Below, one piece after another: positions 62,527 to 64,000 of a DNA stretch of 64,000 bases (position 1 is its first letter; each line of letters opens with the position of its first letter). This DNA is from Phoronis australis. Lineage: Eukaryota; Animalia; Phoronida. The notes below the pieces were generated by a model. It saw only the letters and a program-made list of their open reading frames with translations. It searched no databases and had not been told where the DNA came from. The position numbers were made by a program, and so were the translations under genes. The stretch lies in contig NMRA01000039.1 in NCBI GenBank assembly GCA_002633005.1, forward strand, positions 303,225 through 367,224, given 5' to 3'.

Positions 62527-63231
62527 TCCCGCCAAAATGTTATCTCACTAGTCGGTTATTACACGGTTGTATCTGCCAATCGAGGCTAATATTTTGTTAT
62601 AAATATAGGTTATTACATGGCGAAGTCGTTATCTAGAGCCCGAGTGGATTTTGGATTTTGGATTTTAGATAAGGGGATTACGGCTAAGGACATGTAATAA
62701 TCTATTTATACCACATACTAAACGAGAAACATTGCAATGACTCTCCACGGCTTTGTAACTACTTTCTTTGTCAGAGGCCCGGGGTCGGAGGTCGTGACTT
62801 TTTAAGAAAAGCCGGGCTATTTTTGTCAAATAATGCTTTTACTCAAAACCAATTGAAAACTTAAATATAATAGAAATAAATTGAATTTATAAATTAAGGT
62901 TTACCAACTATTATAGCTTAAAACACGTTTTTTTTCACGCTAAGCTTCGACCGGGAAATTATCGTCTGCTAAAGTAGGTTACCACTGGTAACTGAATATA
63001 ATTCTCAAGTCAAAGATCCTGATGACACGAAACCCGCATTCAAACTGTAGATCGGTGATTTACAAGTAAGAGGACATGAGAGAAGATTTTTACTGAATTA
63101 CGATATCATTTTTATGGAAATTATGTGTATTATTTTTCGTAGCGTATAAGTACAGTACAATGCGGTTTGTTGAACATGCGATTATTGCGCGTGCTCATTT
63201 GAGTATTCTATTTTCACTCTTGGTGACGTCA

Positions 63232-63304
63232 GTCGCTGCATGGTGTAGTGGTAAAGTCGGCGACCAGCAATTTCAAGGTCCCGGGTTCGACTCCGTCCTC
63301 GGTT
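63232..63304 (+). pseudogene. tRNA-like sequence (A-box TGGTGTAGTGG, B-box GGTTCGACTCC; AGC at the anticodon position)
   Basis: Paralogue of 62454-62526 with imperfect stems. Confidence 0.55.
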
Positions 63305-64000
63305 TCCCGCCAAATCGTTATCTCACTAGTGAGATAACTTTATGGGTTATTACACGGCTGTATCTGCCATTTGACGCTAACATTAGCACACGTTAACGCT
63401 GGCACTTGAAGCGTCCGAAGCCGATCGCGTGGACCGGCCACATTCCTCACAGGCAACGTCGTGTTTGCCATGAAATAAGTTGTACGTAACTCAGTACACA
63501 GATATTCGGTGAGAGGTGTATATACGATAGGATTCACAACAATTCTGTCATGCGATCGGTGGACTTCGCGTGCAGGCCGCTTCGGGACCGAATCTGAGTT
63601 GGACTGGGGCGGAAACTCGAGTCTCACGTGGTGTTGGCGCCTGCTTCCTTTACATTACAGTCTGAATTCCATGCGGCCATAACGATGACTGAAACTGTTC
63701 AGAACTTTGAAACGATTTTATACATAGGGTATAGACAGCTGATTCACTCGACACAGTGTGTGGGTTGACAAATAATAGGGCTTTGAAATTTGAAAAAGCT
63801 TTCGCTGGAGATTTCATTTGACTGTCAGGTTGCACATAAACAAGACGTGCAGGTGAGTGACGGCCTTTCCAAAGGCGGCGATTTTTACCAAAAAGCAACA
63901 AGTGTTTGATATGAAAGCCACGCATATTTTGGTACATGCGCAGCATGTTTTCCTAAAAATAACATTTTTGTGAAATTGTAGTACCGTACGTAACTTTAAA

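Larger units (their letters stand above)
61819..63370 (+). repeat. Two tandem ~780-bp units, each containing a tRNA-derived head
   Basis: Units start TTATTACATGGCGAAG at 61819 and 62610, are colinear throughout and end in TTATTACACGG.TGTATCTGCCA. Confidence 0.88.

Noticed and set aside
62454-63304. Functional tRNA-Ala genes
   Set aside because: Acceptor and anticodon stems are mispaired and the anticodon differs between the copies.

Overview
Eukaryotic, intron-rich, AT-rich animal DNA, probably cnidarian (inferred from the collagen architecture). About 44 kb is one minus-strand clade-A fibrillar collagen gene. I reconstructed it by hand as 40 coding exons from ATG 53754 to TAG 10244, giving ~1337 aa: a signal peptide, an extremely short N-terminal region (no vWC domain, no minor helix), 337 uninterrupted Gly-X-Y triplets, a C-telopeptide, and a COLFI domain lacking both interchain cysteines and most Ca2+-site residues. 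One 108-bp helix exon appears twice around a single N, most likely an assembly artefact. The left end holds two exons of a probable cyclic-nucleotide-binding-domain (CNBD2-like) gene, a 453-aa uncharacterised basic ORF and a decayed RLE-type (HERO-like) retrotransposon. Introns and the right end carry MITEs (one nested, one inverted pair), minisatellites, tRNA-derived heads and a tandem ~780-bp repeat. I found no CRISPR array or prokaryotic system, and nothing I can support as a new biological system. The most unusual biology is the stripped-down collagen chain. All coordinates were read by eye and no database searches were run.
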